64,000 nt of DNA from NCBI GenBank assembly GCA_017408045.1, contig JAFQVL010000063.1, positions 5,568 through 69,567 of the forward strand, in the 5' to 3' direction. The position numbers were made by a program, and so were the translations under genes. The DNA is from Clostridia bacterium (GTDB lineage: Bacteria > Bacillota > Clostridia > Christensenellales > Borkfalkiaceae). Under the pieces are notes generated by a model. The model made no database searches. It had not been told where the DNA came from and saw only the letters and a program-made list of their open reading frames with translations. Of this stretch, positions 18,777-28,924 are shown piece after piece; position 1 is the stretch's first letter, and each line of letters opens with the position of its first letter.

Positions 18777-19751
18777 GTGCAAGAGATTTTACAAAACACA
18801 ACCGCGTATACCCGTTTGTTGTCGCAAAGGGAAGAAGGAAAACTCTCTCACGCCTACCTACTCGTGTACGACGACCCCGTACACACCAAGACGGCGTTGA
18901 AAGCGCTGGCAAAAATCCTCTTTTACGCAGAGGAGAACGGCTATAACGAGTACGGTAATTTCGAGCAAGAACGCATTGCGCGACTTATAGACGGGGAGAA
19001 GTACGCCGATTGCCTTGTTTATCCAAAAAACGAAAAAAGGTTGAACGTCGAGGAATGTGAGCGTATCGTCGAGGAATGTTTTATCCACGCCGTCGAGGGG
19101 GAAAGGAAGGTAATTCTCATCGACCGTATCGACGAGGCGTTGCCCACCGCGCAAAACAAATTATTGAAAGTGTTAGAAGAACCGCACGAAGGGGTAGTAT
19201 TCTTATTGTCGGCAAGGACAACCTATCCCGTTTTGCAAACGGTTTTATCCAGAACGCAAAAACTGGAAATTACACCCTTCCCGATAGAAAAAGTAGGAGC
19301 GTGTCTGCGACGAAACAAAAAAATCACCGCAAATGCAGAGGAAATTCAGTTGGTGTCTGCACTCTCTTGCGGCAGCGTTGGCACGGCGGAAGGCTTACTT
19401 GCGGCAGGGTATTATAAGACTTTGCTGACCGACGCTTTTGCCCTCTGCGAGTGCGAATTAGACCGTCTGCCGATTGCGGCAAAGCAGGCAGGCGCAACCA
19501 AAAACAAAAAAGAGTTGGTGTCGATTCTGCGTTTAATTTTTAGAGATGCGGCGTTTATAAAACTTGGTCAAAAGGCGCAGATGCTGCTTGCGCCCGAAAA
19601 AGAACGGATTTCCCGCATCGCGCAGCGTTTTTCTTACGCTGCCCTCACCCACGCACAGGAACGGCTCTCGGCGGTGGAAAAAGAGGTAGTATTCAACGCG
19701 AATTTCACGCAGGCTATTGAGCTGTGTATGGCGAGGATTTTAGTGAAATAA
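18777..19751 (+). CDS. holB: DNA polymerase III subunit delta prime
   Basis: HAYLL... and NKLLKVLEEPHEGVVFLL motifs. holB-yaaT synteny. Confidence 0.8.
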   Translation: MQEILQNTTAYTRLLSQREEGKLSHAYLLVYDDPVHTKTALKALAKILFYAEENGYNEYGNFEQERIARLIDGEKYADCLVYPKNEKRLNVEECERIVEECFIHAVEGERKVILIDRIDEALPTAQNKLLKVLEEPHEGVVFLLSARTTYPVLQTVLSRTQKLEITPFPIEKVGACLRRNKKITANAEEIQLVSALSCGSVGTAEGLLAAGYYKTLLTDAFALCECELDRLPIAAKQAGATKNKKELVSILRLIFRDAAFIKLGQKAQMLLAPEKERISRIAQRFSYAALTHAQERLSAVEKEVVFNANFTQAIELCMARILVK

Positions 19752-19763
19752 TAAGGAAACAGT

Positions 19764-20621
19764 ATGGTAAAAGTAGTAGTTATAAAATTTAAAAACGGCG
19801 GAAAGCTGTATTATTTTGCCCCTAAAAACGGGGAAGTGTACGAGAGGAATATGCCCGTCATCGTGGAAACGGCGAAGGGCTTGGAATACGCTTGGGTGGC
19901 GTACCCCACTCGCGAAGTGGAGGACGAAGAGGTGGTACAACCCTTAAAACCCATCATTCGTATCGCCACGCAAAAGGATAAAGATTTCTATGCGGCGGCA
20001 GAGGCGAAAAAACCCGAGGCGATGCGTATCTGTCGGGAACGGATTGCAAAGCACGGGTTAGAGATGAAGCTTGTGGATTGCGAATATGCTTTCGACGGCA
20101 GCAAGATTGTGTTCTACTTCACCTCGGCAAACCGTGTGGACTTCCGCGAGTTGGTAAAGGACCTTGCCTCCACTTTCCACAACCGTATTGAACTCCGACA
20201 AGTGGGCACGAGGGACGAAACGAAGTACCTCGGCGGACTTGCGCCCTGCGGCAGAGTGTGCTGCTGCGCAGGCAATATGCCTGAATTTAAAAAGGTGACC
20301 ATTAAGATGGCAAAGACGCAAGGTTTAGCGTTGAACCCTGCAAAAATCAACGGGCTTTGCGGCAGATTGATGTGCTGTCTTAGTTATGAGAGCGAATACT
20401 ACGCAGACGCGTACAAGAAAGTACCCAAAGTGGGTTCGGAAGTCGGTTCGCCCGACGGCAAAGGGATTGTTGCGTCGGTGAATATGCTGAAAATGACGGT
20501 CAAAGTCAAGATCGACGACCAAAACGGCGGTCTGATTTACAAAGACTTCCCCGTCGAGGAAATCAAATTTAAAAAAGGCAACGCGCCCGTCAAAGACGAG
20601 GACGAGAAAGACGAAGAATAA
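19764..20621 (+). CDS. ricT: PSP1-domain protein RicT (YaaT, stage 0 sporulation protein)
   Basis: PSP1 C-terminal domain sequence with conserved Cys clusters (CGRVCCC, CGRLMCCL). Lies downstream of holB. Confidence 0.85.
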   Translation: MVKVVVIKFKNGGKLYYFAPKNGEVYERNMPVIVETAKGLEYAWVAYPTREVEDEEVVQPLKPIIRIATQKDKDFYAAAEAKKPEAMRICRERIAKHGLEMKLVDCEYAFDGSKIVFYFTSANRVDFRELVKDLASTFHNRIELRQVGTRDETKYLGGLAPCGRVCCCAGNMPEFKKVTIKMAKTQGLALNPAKINGLCGRLMCCLSYESEYYADAYKKVPKVGSEVGSPDGKGIVASVNMLKMTVKVKIDDQNGGLIYKDFPVEEIKFKKGNAPVKDEDEKDEE

Positions 20622-20635
20622 GAACAAGAACAACA

Positions 20636-20666
20636 AAAAGCTCTGCATTATCGCAGAGCTTTTTTA
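20636..20666 (+). terminator. intrinsic terminator after ricT
   Basis: Stem GCTCTGC/GCAGAGC with flanking A-run and T6. Confidence 0.75.
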
Positions 20667-20710
20667 CTCTAAAGAAATATAAAAAAATAAAAAAAAGTGG
20701 CAGTAGAAAC

Positions 20711-20738
20711 TTGACAAAGGAAAAATATAAGATATAAT
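20711..20738 (+). promoter_or_regulatory. sigma-A type promoter of the RHS toxin operon
   Basis: TTGACA (20711-20716), a 16-bp spacer, then TATAAT (20733-20738). A leader hairpin GACACCGAG...CTCGGTGT follows at 20742-20779. Confidence 0.5.
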
Positions 20739-20890
20739 GCGGACACCGAGTTTGTTTTGAGGGGGAAACGGCTCGGTGTTCTTATATTTTAATAAGGGGG
20801 TGTTTACGTGTAAAGGATAGCTAAAAAACAAAAAAATTGAATACGTAAAAGGGAAAAGTAAAAAAGAAAATAAATTTTAAGGAGAGAATT

Positions 20891-23800
20891 ATGGAAGGAA
20901 ATAGCAGAAAAATAATCATCACACCAACGCCGATGCCGGAACCGGGTTCAACCGAAGGCGATGATTCTATTAAGCATGAAATATCGAACGTGCAGCAGGA
21001 ATACGGATTGATTAAAGGCGTGAAAGCACACGTCAATTTTGACGATAAGAGCTACGCAATGTCCGTGCCGATCATTCAAGGCAAGGACACAACGATGGGT
21101 ATTACATTGTTGCAGATACATAACCCCAGCAACGAATTGACGGTCTTTGGCGGCGGCATTCGATTTAATTTCAGCGAGGAATTGCGGATAGACACAGAGG
21201 ATAGTAGCTACTACAAATACACAGACGAGGTTGGCAAGCAGGAGCGTTTTAAAAACCAATATTATTATAAAGGCAGCAGCTACGTATTAAGCGAAGCGGA
21301 TATAAACGAGATGACGTACGACCAAACGCTTGGTTGCTACGTACACGGCTCCGCAAAGGTGGAATACGACGGGCAGACAAAAAACGGATGGAGATTTGTA
21401 TCTGCCAAAGAAATGCCAACGGTGCAAGGGGTTTTAAGCGTAATGGAAACCAGCTTAAACACCGTAAAAAGCAATCACGACGAAGGTGAAACGTCAGGTA
21501 TGGCTACGAAAGCATATTATCTTAGGAAAGGCAACCAAATTAAAGTATTCAATACAGCTGGGTATCTAATTCAGATTGGCAACAGTACAGGTCAATTCGT
21601 GTATATTGTGCGAGAGAATGGGCACAAGATTTTGCGTATTTTTGACCATGAGGGCAGAGAGATTACCTTTGAGTACAGTAGCGGCAAACTGCAAAAAATC
21701 ACAGACAGCCGCGGTAGAGAAATTCTCTATACGTACGACGGACAAAGAGTCCAAAAAATCAGATACCGCGCGAATGCAAGCAGCAGTACTTCGTATGAAA
21801 GTTTAACCTATAATCACCATATCGTAGACGGCGTAAAGCAAAACAAGACCACTATTACATCTTCAGACGGCGAAAGCGCGACCTTAGAATATACCACGCA
21901 AGAGGGAAATTCGCTAACCAAAATCACCTACCAGCCGCAGAACAAAACGTTATCTTTTTTATACACCGACACAAAGGTTATTGTCAGCGCCGAAAAAGGC
22001 ACGCAGGAAGAAGGCACGCAGGAAGAAGGCACGCAGGAAGAATACACCGTTTATAGAGGCGCGGAGATTCCGTATATCAACGAATATAAACAGACGGTGA
22101 ACGGAAAGATAACGGCATACAATACCTATTTAATTGCCCAAAGAAGCGGGCTTATCGTGCGGGAAACGAAATATCCAAAGCGTTCACAGCTTTGCAAGGC
22201 AACGGTTCCAAGCAGCTTGCCGATTATCCACACGGTAAAGAACGATCGTCGAAAACTGGTTTTAGAGGAAACGCAGGAGAATATCGAGGTATCACCAACA
22301 GTCAACAAGGACGTGCATACGACGTATACTTATAACGAATATGGAATGCCTGTAAAACGCCGAACGGTAGAAACGTACTCCACGGGCGAAAGCTACGCTT
22401 ACGTAGAAGAAAGCTTTTACAATCCAACGACCCTTGGCTTACAAAAGAAAGTATCCTACGTAGAGGGCGAGGAGCAAACGACGGGATACGCGTTTGAATT
22501 CTATACCTACGACAGCCAAGGCAGAGTAATTAAAACCAAGACGGTGAGAAAGATTTGTGAATGCAGCGGGGATTGTACCTGTAAAGGGTTAGAGGATAGC
22601 ACCACTCTTTTGGGCTTCGTGCAGGAGCAGACCTATGACGAACACGGCAACGTGGTATCTAAAAAGGACGAAACGGGGCTGTATTATACGGCTTACACGT
22701 ATACGGAGAATACCAAACTTTTAAAGCGAGAGCATAGACCAGGGACTACCTCACAACACCAAATCGAATACACCTATGACGAACGGGATAGATTAGTCAA
22801 GGCGGCGGAAACAGCCACATATAACGTTATGGGGTATACCGCAGACAACGTTTCCGTAATGGGTGTAAAGAACAACGAACAGCTGTTGCAGTTTACTTAC
22901 GACACAAGAAAGCGATTGTCACAGGTATCGTTTGGCGGTAGCGTGTACGAGGGTATGGAGTATGGCGAGAACGAAACTTACAGCGAATACGACGTGGACA
23001 GGATTGAGCTGAACAACGCCAACGTCGAAAAATTCAAACTCTTGTCCGATGTAAAGGGCGCAAAGGAATGGTATTTCTACACCCCTGCTGCTACTGAGGA
23101 AAGCCCTACCCCTGAAGAAACCTTGTTGTTTACCAACGAATACGACGAATACGGACAGTTGGTGAAATTAGATGCAACCGTCTACGGCGATACGTATCAC
23201 TATGATGAAACGTACGAATATGACGAGACAGGTAGGCTAACCTATTACGACGGAGACCTTATCAGAGAAACGTATACGTATAACAATAAGGGACAGATAT
23301 CGCAGATTGTGTATACGGGTGTGGCAAGCAGAACGGAAACGCGAGAATACACGGACGATTCGCGAGGGTTGTTAGAGAGAATCAGCTACGGCGACGTGGC
23401 GTGCTGGAAAACGTATGATAAATACGGGCGTTTACAATACCAAGGAGTTGAGCTGAATGGTTGCTATGACGTGTCTGATATAAAGTATAAAACCGTAAAC
23501 GACCACGAAACGAATCAGGTGCAGGAATTTAGAAACTCGGTAGACTGCTTTACTTATACCTATGATAAAAATGGGAATATCACGGAAATCTACAACTGGG
23601 GCAACCTCATTAAAAAATACACGTACAGTATTCAGGGAAGATTGACCACGGAAGAAAATCTGTCGATATCACAAAAGACGGAATATACGTATAGCCAGCA
23701 AGGAGATATTACCCAAAAGACAAGGTATATAAAGGATTTTAATGGAAACTATTTTAAACCTACAACGAAAACCTATACGTACAGCACGGACGGAAAGTAT

Positions 23801-24880
23801 TTGTTGACGGCTTACAATGGTAGCGCGTGTGTATATGATGCGTTAGGTAATCCCACTACCTATAAAGGGAAGACCTTGGTGTGGGGTCAAGGGAAACGCT
23901 TGCTTTCTTACGACGGCTTAAATTTCACTTACGATGCGAGGGGTAGACGAATCCAAAAAGGCAGCGAAAGCTACTATTATGATAGCCGAGATAGGTTGGT
24001 AAGAGGTGGCGTGTTAGACTATTACTACGCCGATAACGAGGTAATAAGTTGTGCGTATAACGGCGTAAGATACATTTATTGCAAAGACGTGTTTGGAAAT
24101 ATTACGGCAATACTTGACGAAAACGAGAATGTTGTGGTAAAATATGATTACGATGCTTGGGGCAACCACCGTGTATTAAACAGCGCGGGCGCGGTAATCA
24201 CGGACACGCAGCATATCGGGCATAAGAATCCGTTTAGATACCGTGGGTATTATTACGATACCGAAACGGGGTTATATTACCTGAAATCAAGATATTACGA
24301 CCCCGAAACCTGCCGTTTCATCAATATGGACAGCGTGGAATACGCCGACCCGACCTACCTGCACGGCTTAAATCTCTACGCATATTGTAATAACAACCCC
24401 ATTATGTACGTTGACCCGAACGGGAATTTCTTCTGGCTATTAGTAGTTTTGGGTTTAGGTGCAGTAGCGGGCGGTATTTTAAGTGGAGTAGAAGCGTATA
24501 ACAGCGGTGATCGAGGCTGGGAACTTGCAGGGGATATTGTTTTAGGGGCAACCATAGGGGTTGCTGTTGCTGGAGCCGCTATAACGGTTTCCTCTGTTGT
24601 TGCTGGTGCATTTGGTCAAGTTGCTTTTTTAGGAACAACGGTTAAACAAGCATTTGCTATTGGCGCGTTGGCATATAATGGTTTTGGTGCGATAGTTGCG
24701 CCGCTAATAGGACAAAGTATGCAGCTGATAGAAATAGGAGGCAATTCTTATAAGGATGCTATAGAATATCCTGTTTCAGGAATTACAACCACGAATGGTA
24801 TCGTTAAGAATAATCAAAGCCCTAATTCAAACGTAAAAAATCTTTTTAGAAAATTAAGGAATTTAAAAGATTTTATGTAA
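20891..24880 (+). CDS. RHS/YD-repeat polymorphic toxin with glycine-zipper hydrophobic C-terminal domain
   Basis: Many YD repeats (YTYDERDRL, YEYDETGRL, YTYDKNGNI, FTYDARGRR...). RHS core end is RYRGYYYDTETGLYYLKSRYYDPETCRFINMDS...YVDPNG (D at 24413). An about 150-aa Gly/Ala-rich hydrophobic tail follows (GLGAVAGGILSG, GATIGVAVAGAAI, AIGALAYNGFGAIVAPLIG). Confidence 0.9.
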   Translation: MEGNSRKIIITPTPMPEPGSTEGDDSIKHEISNVQQEYGLIKGVKAHVNFDDKSYAMSVPIIQGKDTTMGITLLQIHNPSNELTVFGGGIRFNFSEELRIDTEDSSYYKYTDEVGKQERFKNQYYYKGSSYVLSEADINEMTYDQTLGCYVHGSAKVEYDGQTKNGWRFVSAKEMPTVQGVLSVMETSLNTVKSNHDEGETSGMATKAYYLRKGNQIKVFNTAGYLIQIGNSTGQFVYIVRENGHKILRIFDHEGREITFEYSSGKLQKITDSRGREILYTYDGQRVQKIRYRANASSSTSYESLTYNHHIVDGVKQNKTTITSSDGESATLEYTTQEGNSLTKITYQPQNKTLSFLYTDTKVIVSAEKGTQEEGTQEEGTQEEYTVYRGAEIPYINEYKQTVNGKITAYNTYLIAQRSGLIVRETKYPKRSQLCKATVPSSLPIIHTVKNDRRKLVLEETQENIEVSPTVNKDVHTTYTYNEYGMPVKRRTVETYSTGESYAYVEESFYNPTTLGLQKKVSYVEGEEQTTGYAFEFYTYDSQGRVIKTKTVRKICECSGDCTCKGLEDSTTLLGFVQEQTYDEHGNVVSKKDETGLYYTAYTYTENTKLLKREHRPGTTSQHQIEYTYDERDRLVKAAETATYNVMGYTADNVSVMGVKNNEQLLQFTYDTRKRLSQVSFGGSVYEGMEYGENETYSEYDVDRIELNNANVEKFKLLSDVKGAKEWYFYTPAATEESPTPEETLLFTNEYDEYGQLVKLDATVYGDTYHYDETYEYDETGRLTYYDGDLIRETYTYNNKGQISQIVYTGVASRTETREYTDDSRGLLERISYGDVACWKTYDKYGRLQYQGVELNGCYDVSDIKYKTVNDHETNQVQEFRNSVDCFTYTYDKNGNITEIYNWGNLIKKYTYSIQGRLTTEENLSISQKTEYTYSQQGDITQKTRYIKDFNGNYFKPTTKTYTYSTDGKYLLTAYNGSACVYDALGNPTTYKGKTLVWGQGKRLLSYDGLNFTYDARGRRIQKGSESYYYDSRDRLVRGGVLDYYYADNEVISCAYNGVRYIYCKDVFGNITAILDENENVVVKYDYDAWGNHRVLNSAGAVITDTQHIGHKNPFRYRGYYYDTETGLYYLKSRYYDPETCRFINMDSVEYADPTYLHGLNLYAYCNNNPIMYVDPNGNFFWLLVVLGLGAVAGGILSGVEAYNSGDRGWELAGDIVLGATIGVAVAGAAITVSSVVAGAFGQVAFLGTTVKQAFAIGALAYNGFGAIVAPLIGQSMQLIEIGGNSYKDAIEYPVSGITTTNGIVKNNQSPNSNVKNLFRKLRNLKDFM
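21998..22042 (+). repeat. 3 x 15-bp perfect in-frame tandem repeat (GGCACGCAGGAAGAA; GTQEE x3) inside the RHS gene
   Basis: Read directly from the sequence: three consecutive identical 15-mers. Confidence 0.95.
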
Positions 24881-24898
24881 TAGGAAAGGAGAATATAA

Positions 24899-25366
24899 GT
24901 GATAGTTTTTAAAGGAGAGATATCGAAAAGCTGTAAAAAATATTTAAAAAAGCAAGACTTGCATGGGCGATGGATTCTATGGTCGATAATTGTACTTGTT
25001 TTAAGCGCAGGCATTATTTTTTTAGCGGCAATTTACGATTGGATTGTTTTAAGTTTTCTTTTTCTCCCTTTTTTGATTGTCGCAGGGGATTATTTTTCAA
25101 TGCCTCAAAACGCAATGCTTAGCTATCCTAAATCAATAACGATAACAAACGACGAAGTTTGGTTAGAATGTCAATCTGGAACAATAACACGCTCGTTGTT
25201 GGATGTCAAATGTGTCATTGATTGTGGAGATTGGTATTATGTTCAATTTTATTTTCCTCATCATAAATATTTCGCCTGTCAAAAAGATTTAATCATAGAA
25301 GGAACAATAGAGGAATTTGAAGAACAATTTAAAGGTAGTATTACACATATGAATGATGTGAAATAA
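24899..25366 (+). CDS. putative immunity protein, 2-TM YcxB-like
   Basis: GTG start with an AAGGAG RBS, 18 nt after the RHS stop. Two adjacent TM helices (WSIIVLVLSAGIIFLAAIY, IVLSFLFLPFLIVAG) precede a soluble domain. The region is AT-rich like the toxin tail. Confidence 0.6.
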   Translation: MIVFKGEISKSCKKYLKKQDLHGRWILWSIIVLVLSAGIIFLAAIYDWIVLSFLFLPFLIVAGDYFSMPQNAMLSYPKSITITNDEVWLECQSGTITRSLLDVKCVIDCGDWYYVQFYFPHHKYFACQKDLIIEGTIEEFEEQFKGSITHMNDVK

Positions 25367-25374
25367 AGCGAAAG

Positions 25375-25407
25375 GCGGAGCGTGGAAACACGCTCCGCCT
25401 GTTGTTA
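25375..25407. terminator. bidirectional terminator between the immunity gene and clpX
   Basis: 11-bp stem GGCGGAGCGTG/CACGCTCCGCC with loop GAAA. Confidence 0.75.
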
Positions 25408-25424
25408 TAAACAAAGAAGCGGTG

Positions 25425-26654
25425 TCAAACCGCTTCCTTGTAGATAATTTTGGGTTGTGCTTTTTGCGTGATACACTCTTTGGTCAAAATGACCTCGGAA
25501 ATATTTTCCTCGGAAGGGATTTTGTACATGACTTCCGTCATCACGCCTTCGATAATCGTTCTAAGCCCGCGCGCGCCCGTCTTTAAACGGATTGCCGTCT
25601 GCGCGATTTCGCGTACCGCCTCTTCCTCTACCGTCAGTTGTACGCCGTCTAAGCCCACTAACTTTTGGTACTGCTTGATGATGGCGTTCTTCGGCTCGGT
25701 CAAAATCTTCATGAGCGCCTTTTCGTCCAAAGGCTCTAAATTGACGACGATGGGGATACGGCCTACGAATTCAGGGATTAACCCGAACTTCGTCAAATCC
25801 TGCGGCTGTACGTCCTCTAAAAGAGAGTAATCCGCCTCGCCCTCGCCTAATTTTACCTTGCCGCCAAACCCAAGCGACGAAGTCTCCGTCCTTGCCGACA
25901 CAATCTTGTCGAGGCCCACGAACGCACCGCCGCAAATAAACAAAATGTTGGTGGTGTCAATCTTCAAACACTCCTGCGAGGGGTGCTTTCTGCCGCCCGT
26001 CGGGGGAACGCTCGCTTGTGTGCTCTCGATAATCTTTAAGAGTGCTTGCTGTACGCCTTCGCCCGACACGTCGCGAGTGATAGAAACGTTTTCGCCTTTT
26101 CTGGCAATCTTGTCGATTTCGTCGATATAGATGATACCGCGCTGCGCCTTTTCGATATTGAAATCGGCGTTTTGAATGAGCTTTAAAAGGATATTTTCGA
26201 CGTCCTCACCGACGTAGCCTGCCTCCGTCAAAGTGGTAGCGTCCGTCGTAGCAAAGGGTACGCCGATGATTTTCGCCAAAGTGCGCGCCAGCAGCGTTTT
26301 GCCGCTACCCGTAGGACCGAGCAGCAACACGTTGCTCTTTTCAATTTCCACTTCGTCGTCCTTGGACTTTTTCATACCTGCGTTGATACGCTTATAGTGG
26401 TTGTAGACGGCAACGGAAAGCACGCGCTTTGCCTTGTCTTGTCCAACGATATATTTATCTAACTCGGATTTTAATTCAGAGGGCTTTTTGAGGGGGATTT
26501 CTTCCGTTTGCGGCTGCGTTTCAGCTGCCTCTACCATATCGTAGCAGACACGAACGCACTCCTCGCAGATAAAAGCGTCGTTGCCTGCAATCAGTTCGCT
26601 GGTTTTTTCTTTTTCTCTTCCGCAAAAGGAACAGTAGTGCTTATTTTCTGACAT
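25425..26654 (-). CDS. clpX: ATP-dependent Clp protease ATP-binding subunit ClpX
   Basis: Zinc finger CSFCG...CEEC, Walker A GPTGSGKT and an IGF-like loop LGFGG. Confidence 0.93.
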   Translation of the reverse strand: MSENKHYCSFCGREKEKTSELIAGNDAFICEECVRVCYDMVEAAETQPQTEEIPLKKPSELKSELDKYIVGQDKAKRVLSVAVYNHYKRINAGMKKSKDDEVEIEKSNVLLLGPTGSGKTLLARTLAKIIGVPFATTDATTLTEAGYVGEDVENILLKLIQNADFNIEKAQRGIIYIDEIDKIARKGENVSITRDVSGEGVQQALLKIIESTQASVPPTGGRKHPSQECLKIDTTNILFICGGAFVGLDKIVSARTETSSLGFGGKVKLGEGEADYSLLEDVQPQDLTKFGLIPEFVGRIPIVVNLEPLDEKALMKILTEPKNAIIKQYQKLVGLDGVQLTVEEEAVREIAQTAIRLKTGARGLRTIIEGVMTEVMYKIPSEENISEVILTKECITQKAQPKIIYKEAV

Positions 26655-26731
26655 ACTTTTTTTAACACTCCGTGTTATAGTTTATAAAAATAGCGTAAAA
26701 CCTCATCGTTGGTGGCTTTACGCTATCAAAA

Positions 26732-27322
26732 TTATCTTCTTACGAACACCTTATCAATCAAGCCGTATACACGCGCCTCTTCCGCAGACATATAGTTGTC
26801 GCGGTCGGTATCACGTTCGATGGTGGCAAGGTCGTTGCCGGAATTTTCCGAAAGGATACGGTTGAGCTTCGCTTTCGTGCGAAGAATGTGCTCGGCGTGG
26901 ATTTTAATATCGCTTGCCTGACCCTGCGCGCCACCAAGGGGCTGATGGATCATAATTTCCGAGTTGGGCAAAGCATATCGCTTGCCTTTTGTACCGCTGG
27001 AGAGAAGGAACGCGCCCATCGATGCAGCCATACCGATACAAATCGTCGAAACGTCGCATTTGATATAATTCATCGTATCGTAAATAGCAAGACCTGCCGA
27101 AACGCTGCCGCCCGGGGAGTTGATGTACAGACAGATATCCTTCGTAGGGTCTTTACCTTCCAGGTAAAGCAACTGAGCAACCACCGTGTTTGCCACGTTG
27201 TCGTCAATCGGACCGCTTAAAAAGATAATTCTGTCTTCGAGCAGCCTCGAATACAGGTCGTAGGAGCGTTCGCCTGTTGACGTACGCTCTACAACGTAAG
27301 GGATGAGAACGTTCTTTTCCAT
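26732..27322 (-). CDS. clpP: ATP-dependent Clp protease proteolytic subunit
   Basis: [19 protein letters not shown] and [11 protein letters not shown] (active-site Ser), HQPLGG. Confidence 0.93.
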   Translation of the reverse strand: MEKNVLIPYVVERTSTGERSYDLYSRLLEDRIIFLSGPIDDNVANTVVAQLLYLEGKDPTKDICLYINSPGGSVSAGLAIYDTMNYIKCDVSTICIGMAASMGAFLLSSGTKGKRYALPNSEIMIHQPLGGAQGQASDIKIHAEHILRTKAKLNRILSENSGNDLATIERDTDRDNYMSAEEARVYGLIDKVFVRR

Positions 27323-28626
27323 TATTTGGATTCCTCCACGTACATTTCGTTGTTTGCCTTTAAGAAGTCAAACAACTTCGTGATGATAACGTCGTTTCTA
27401 AGATAGTCGATCTGTCTGGGATCCATCGTCTTCTTGTATTCTTCTGCGGACTTGTCCACGGAAGCAGCCTGCGCTGCAATCTTCGCGTCCACTTCTTCCG
27501 TCGTTGCTTCGATCTTCTGTTCGTCGATGATTTGCGCGATGATGAGCTGATGTTTTACGTTCTTTTCAGCCTGATCCTGGTAGTTCTTTCTGAAGTCTGC
27601 CTCGGAAACCTTCAAGAAGGAGAGGTAGTCGGCAAGCTTCAAACCCTGATACATCAGCTGATATTCAAATCTCTTTACAAGGTTGTCGATTTCTCTTTCG
27701 ATCATCACCTGAGGGATTTCCACTTCGGTGTTCAAAGCGATTGCTTCCAAAATGCTGTTTTCGGTAGCATCATTTGCGCGTCTATCCAAGTTTTCCTGCA
27801 ATCTTGCAGCCGTCTTTTCCTTGTAAGCCGCTACCGTTTCGTCGCCGGTTGCACCCTTGATGAACTCATCGGTGAGCTCGGGCATTACCTTTGCCTGAAT
27901 CTTGTGCAAGGTAACCGCGAACACAGCCGCTTTGCCTTTGAGTTCAGCCGCCTGATAATCTTCAGGGAATACGACGTTTACGTCCTTCGTTTCGCCGATA
28001 TTCATACCAACGACCTGTTCTTCAAAACCGGGAATAAATGCGCCGCTGCCCAAGGTGAGGTCAAAGCCTTCCGCTTCGCCGCCGTCGAACTTCACGCCGT
28101 CCACCGTACCAACGAAGTCAATCGTCGTGATGTCGCCGTTTGCTGCGGGACGGTCAGAAACCTCTTCTTTCTTTGCGTTTCTGTCCAGCAATCTGTCGAG
28201 TTCTGCTTGAACGTCAGCATCGCTTACAGTATATGCAAATTTTTCAATCTTCATACCCGTATAAGCGGAAATTTTCACTTCGGGTTTTACGGGAACGGTT
28301 GCAATGATAGAGATAAGGTCGTCCTCGAACTTATCAAGCGCGAATTCGGGTTCGCCAACGAAAACGTGCTTTTTGCTTTCTTTTTCTTCAATCTTGCCGT
28401 AGTTTTCCGCAATCAAAAGGTTGAGCGCATCTTCGTAGAATACGGACTTGCCGTATGCGTTTTCAATTACGTTCTTGGGAGCTTTGCCCTTGCGGAAGCC
28501 GTTCACGTTGTACTTGTGGCGGGTCTTCATGTAAGCGTCGGACAACGCTTTCTTCCATTCTTCACCGTCAAACTTGATGGTGATTTTTACGGTGCTTTTT
28601 TCAGCAGCTTTGGTGGTATACTTCAT
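27322..28626 (-). CDS. tig: trigger factor
   Basis: GFRKGKAP ribosome-binding motif and an FKBP-type middle domain. tig-clpP-clpX synteny. Confidence 0.92.
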   Translation of the reverse strand: MKYTTKAAEKSTVKITIKFDGEEWKKALSDAYMKTRHKYNVNGFRKGKAPKNVIENAYGKSVFYEDALNLLIAENYGKIEEKESKKHVFVGEPEFALDKFEDDLISIIATVPVKPEVKISAYTGMKIEKFAYTVSDADVQAELDRLLDRNAKKEEVSDRPAANGDITTIDFVGTVDGVKFDGGEAEGFDLTLGSGAFIPGFEEQVVGMNIGETKDVNVVFPEDYQAAELKGKAAVFAVTLHKIQAKVMPELTDEFIKGATGDETVAAYKEKTAARLQENLDRRANDATENSILEAIALNTEVEIPQVMIEREIDNLVKRFEYQLMYQGLKLADYLSFLKVSEADFRKNYQDQAEKNVKHQLIIAQIIDEQKIEATTEEVDAKIAAQAASVDKSAEEYKKTMDPRQIDYLRNDVIITKLFDFLKANNEMYVEESK

Positions 28627-28924
28627 TTTATATCTCCTAAAACCATAGTTTTTTATTTTATTTGAGTTGATAAACTGCGCATCTCTTCGTTGTTGTTCAG
28701 TCGCGTACTACCGGTACGCTCCTTCGCACCGCCTTGACCTGCTTGTTTCTGAATCCAAAACGGGTTTCGAGGTTCAAGAGGTGGCATCTTATCGTTGCGC
28801 ACAGTTCAGCAAGCTATATTTTAACACATTTCTTTTTAAAAAGAAAGCGTTTTTGTTTACAATTTTCAAATTTTGCGGTATAATTTACAAAAATAGTATC
28901 GCAAAGTAGCAACGAGGAAAGAAT

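Noticed and set aside
27532-28665. 377-aa plus-strand ORF antisense to tig
   Set aside because: It is a shadow ORF fully inside a confidently identified trigger factor gene, and its translation has no recognisable motifs. The same reasoning applies to other antisense ORFs: 10701-11405 (in the LRR gene), 14102-14698 and 14951-15408 (in lon), 1572-2003 and 2113-2690 (in jag/yidC), 5188-5724 (in dnaN) and 39238-39801 (in the ABC ATPase gene).
28681-28815. Possible SRP RNA, 6S RNA or tRNA in the tig-rqcH intergenic region
   Set aside because: It resembles the SRP domain IV motif only superficially (CAGGTCAAGGCGGTGCGAAGGAGCG). There is no cloverleaf and no 6S-like central bubble that I could build by hand. 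I kept it only as an unassigned structured leader.
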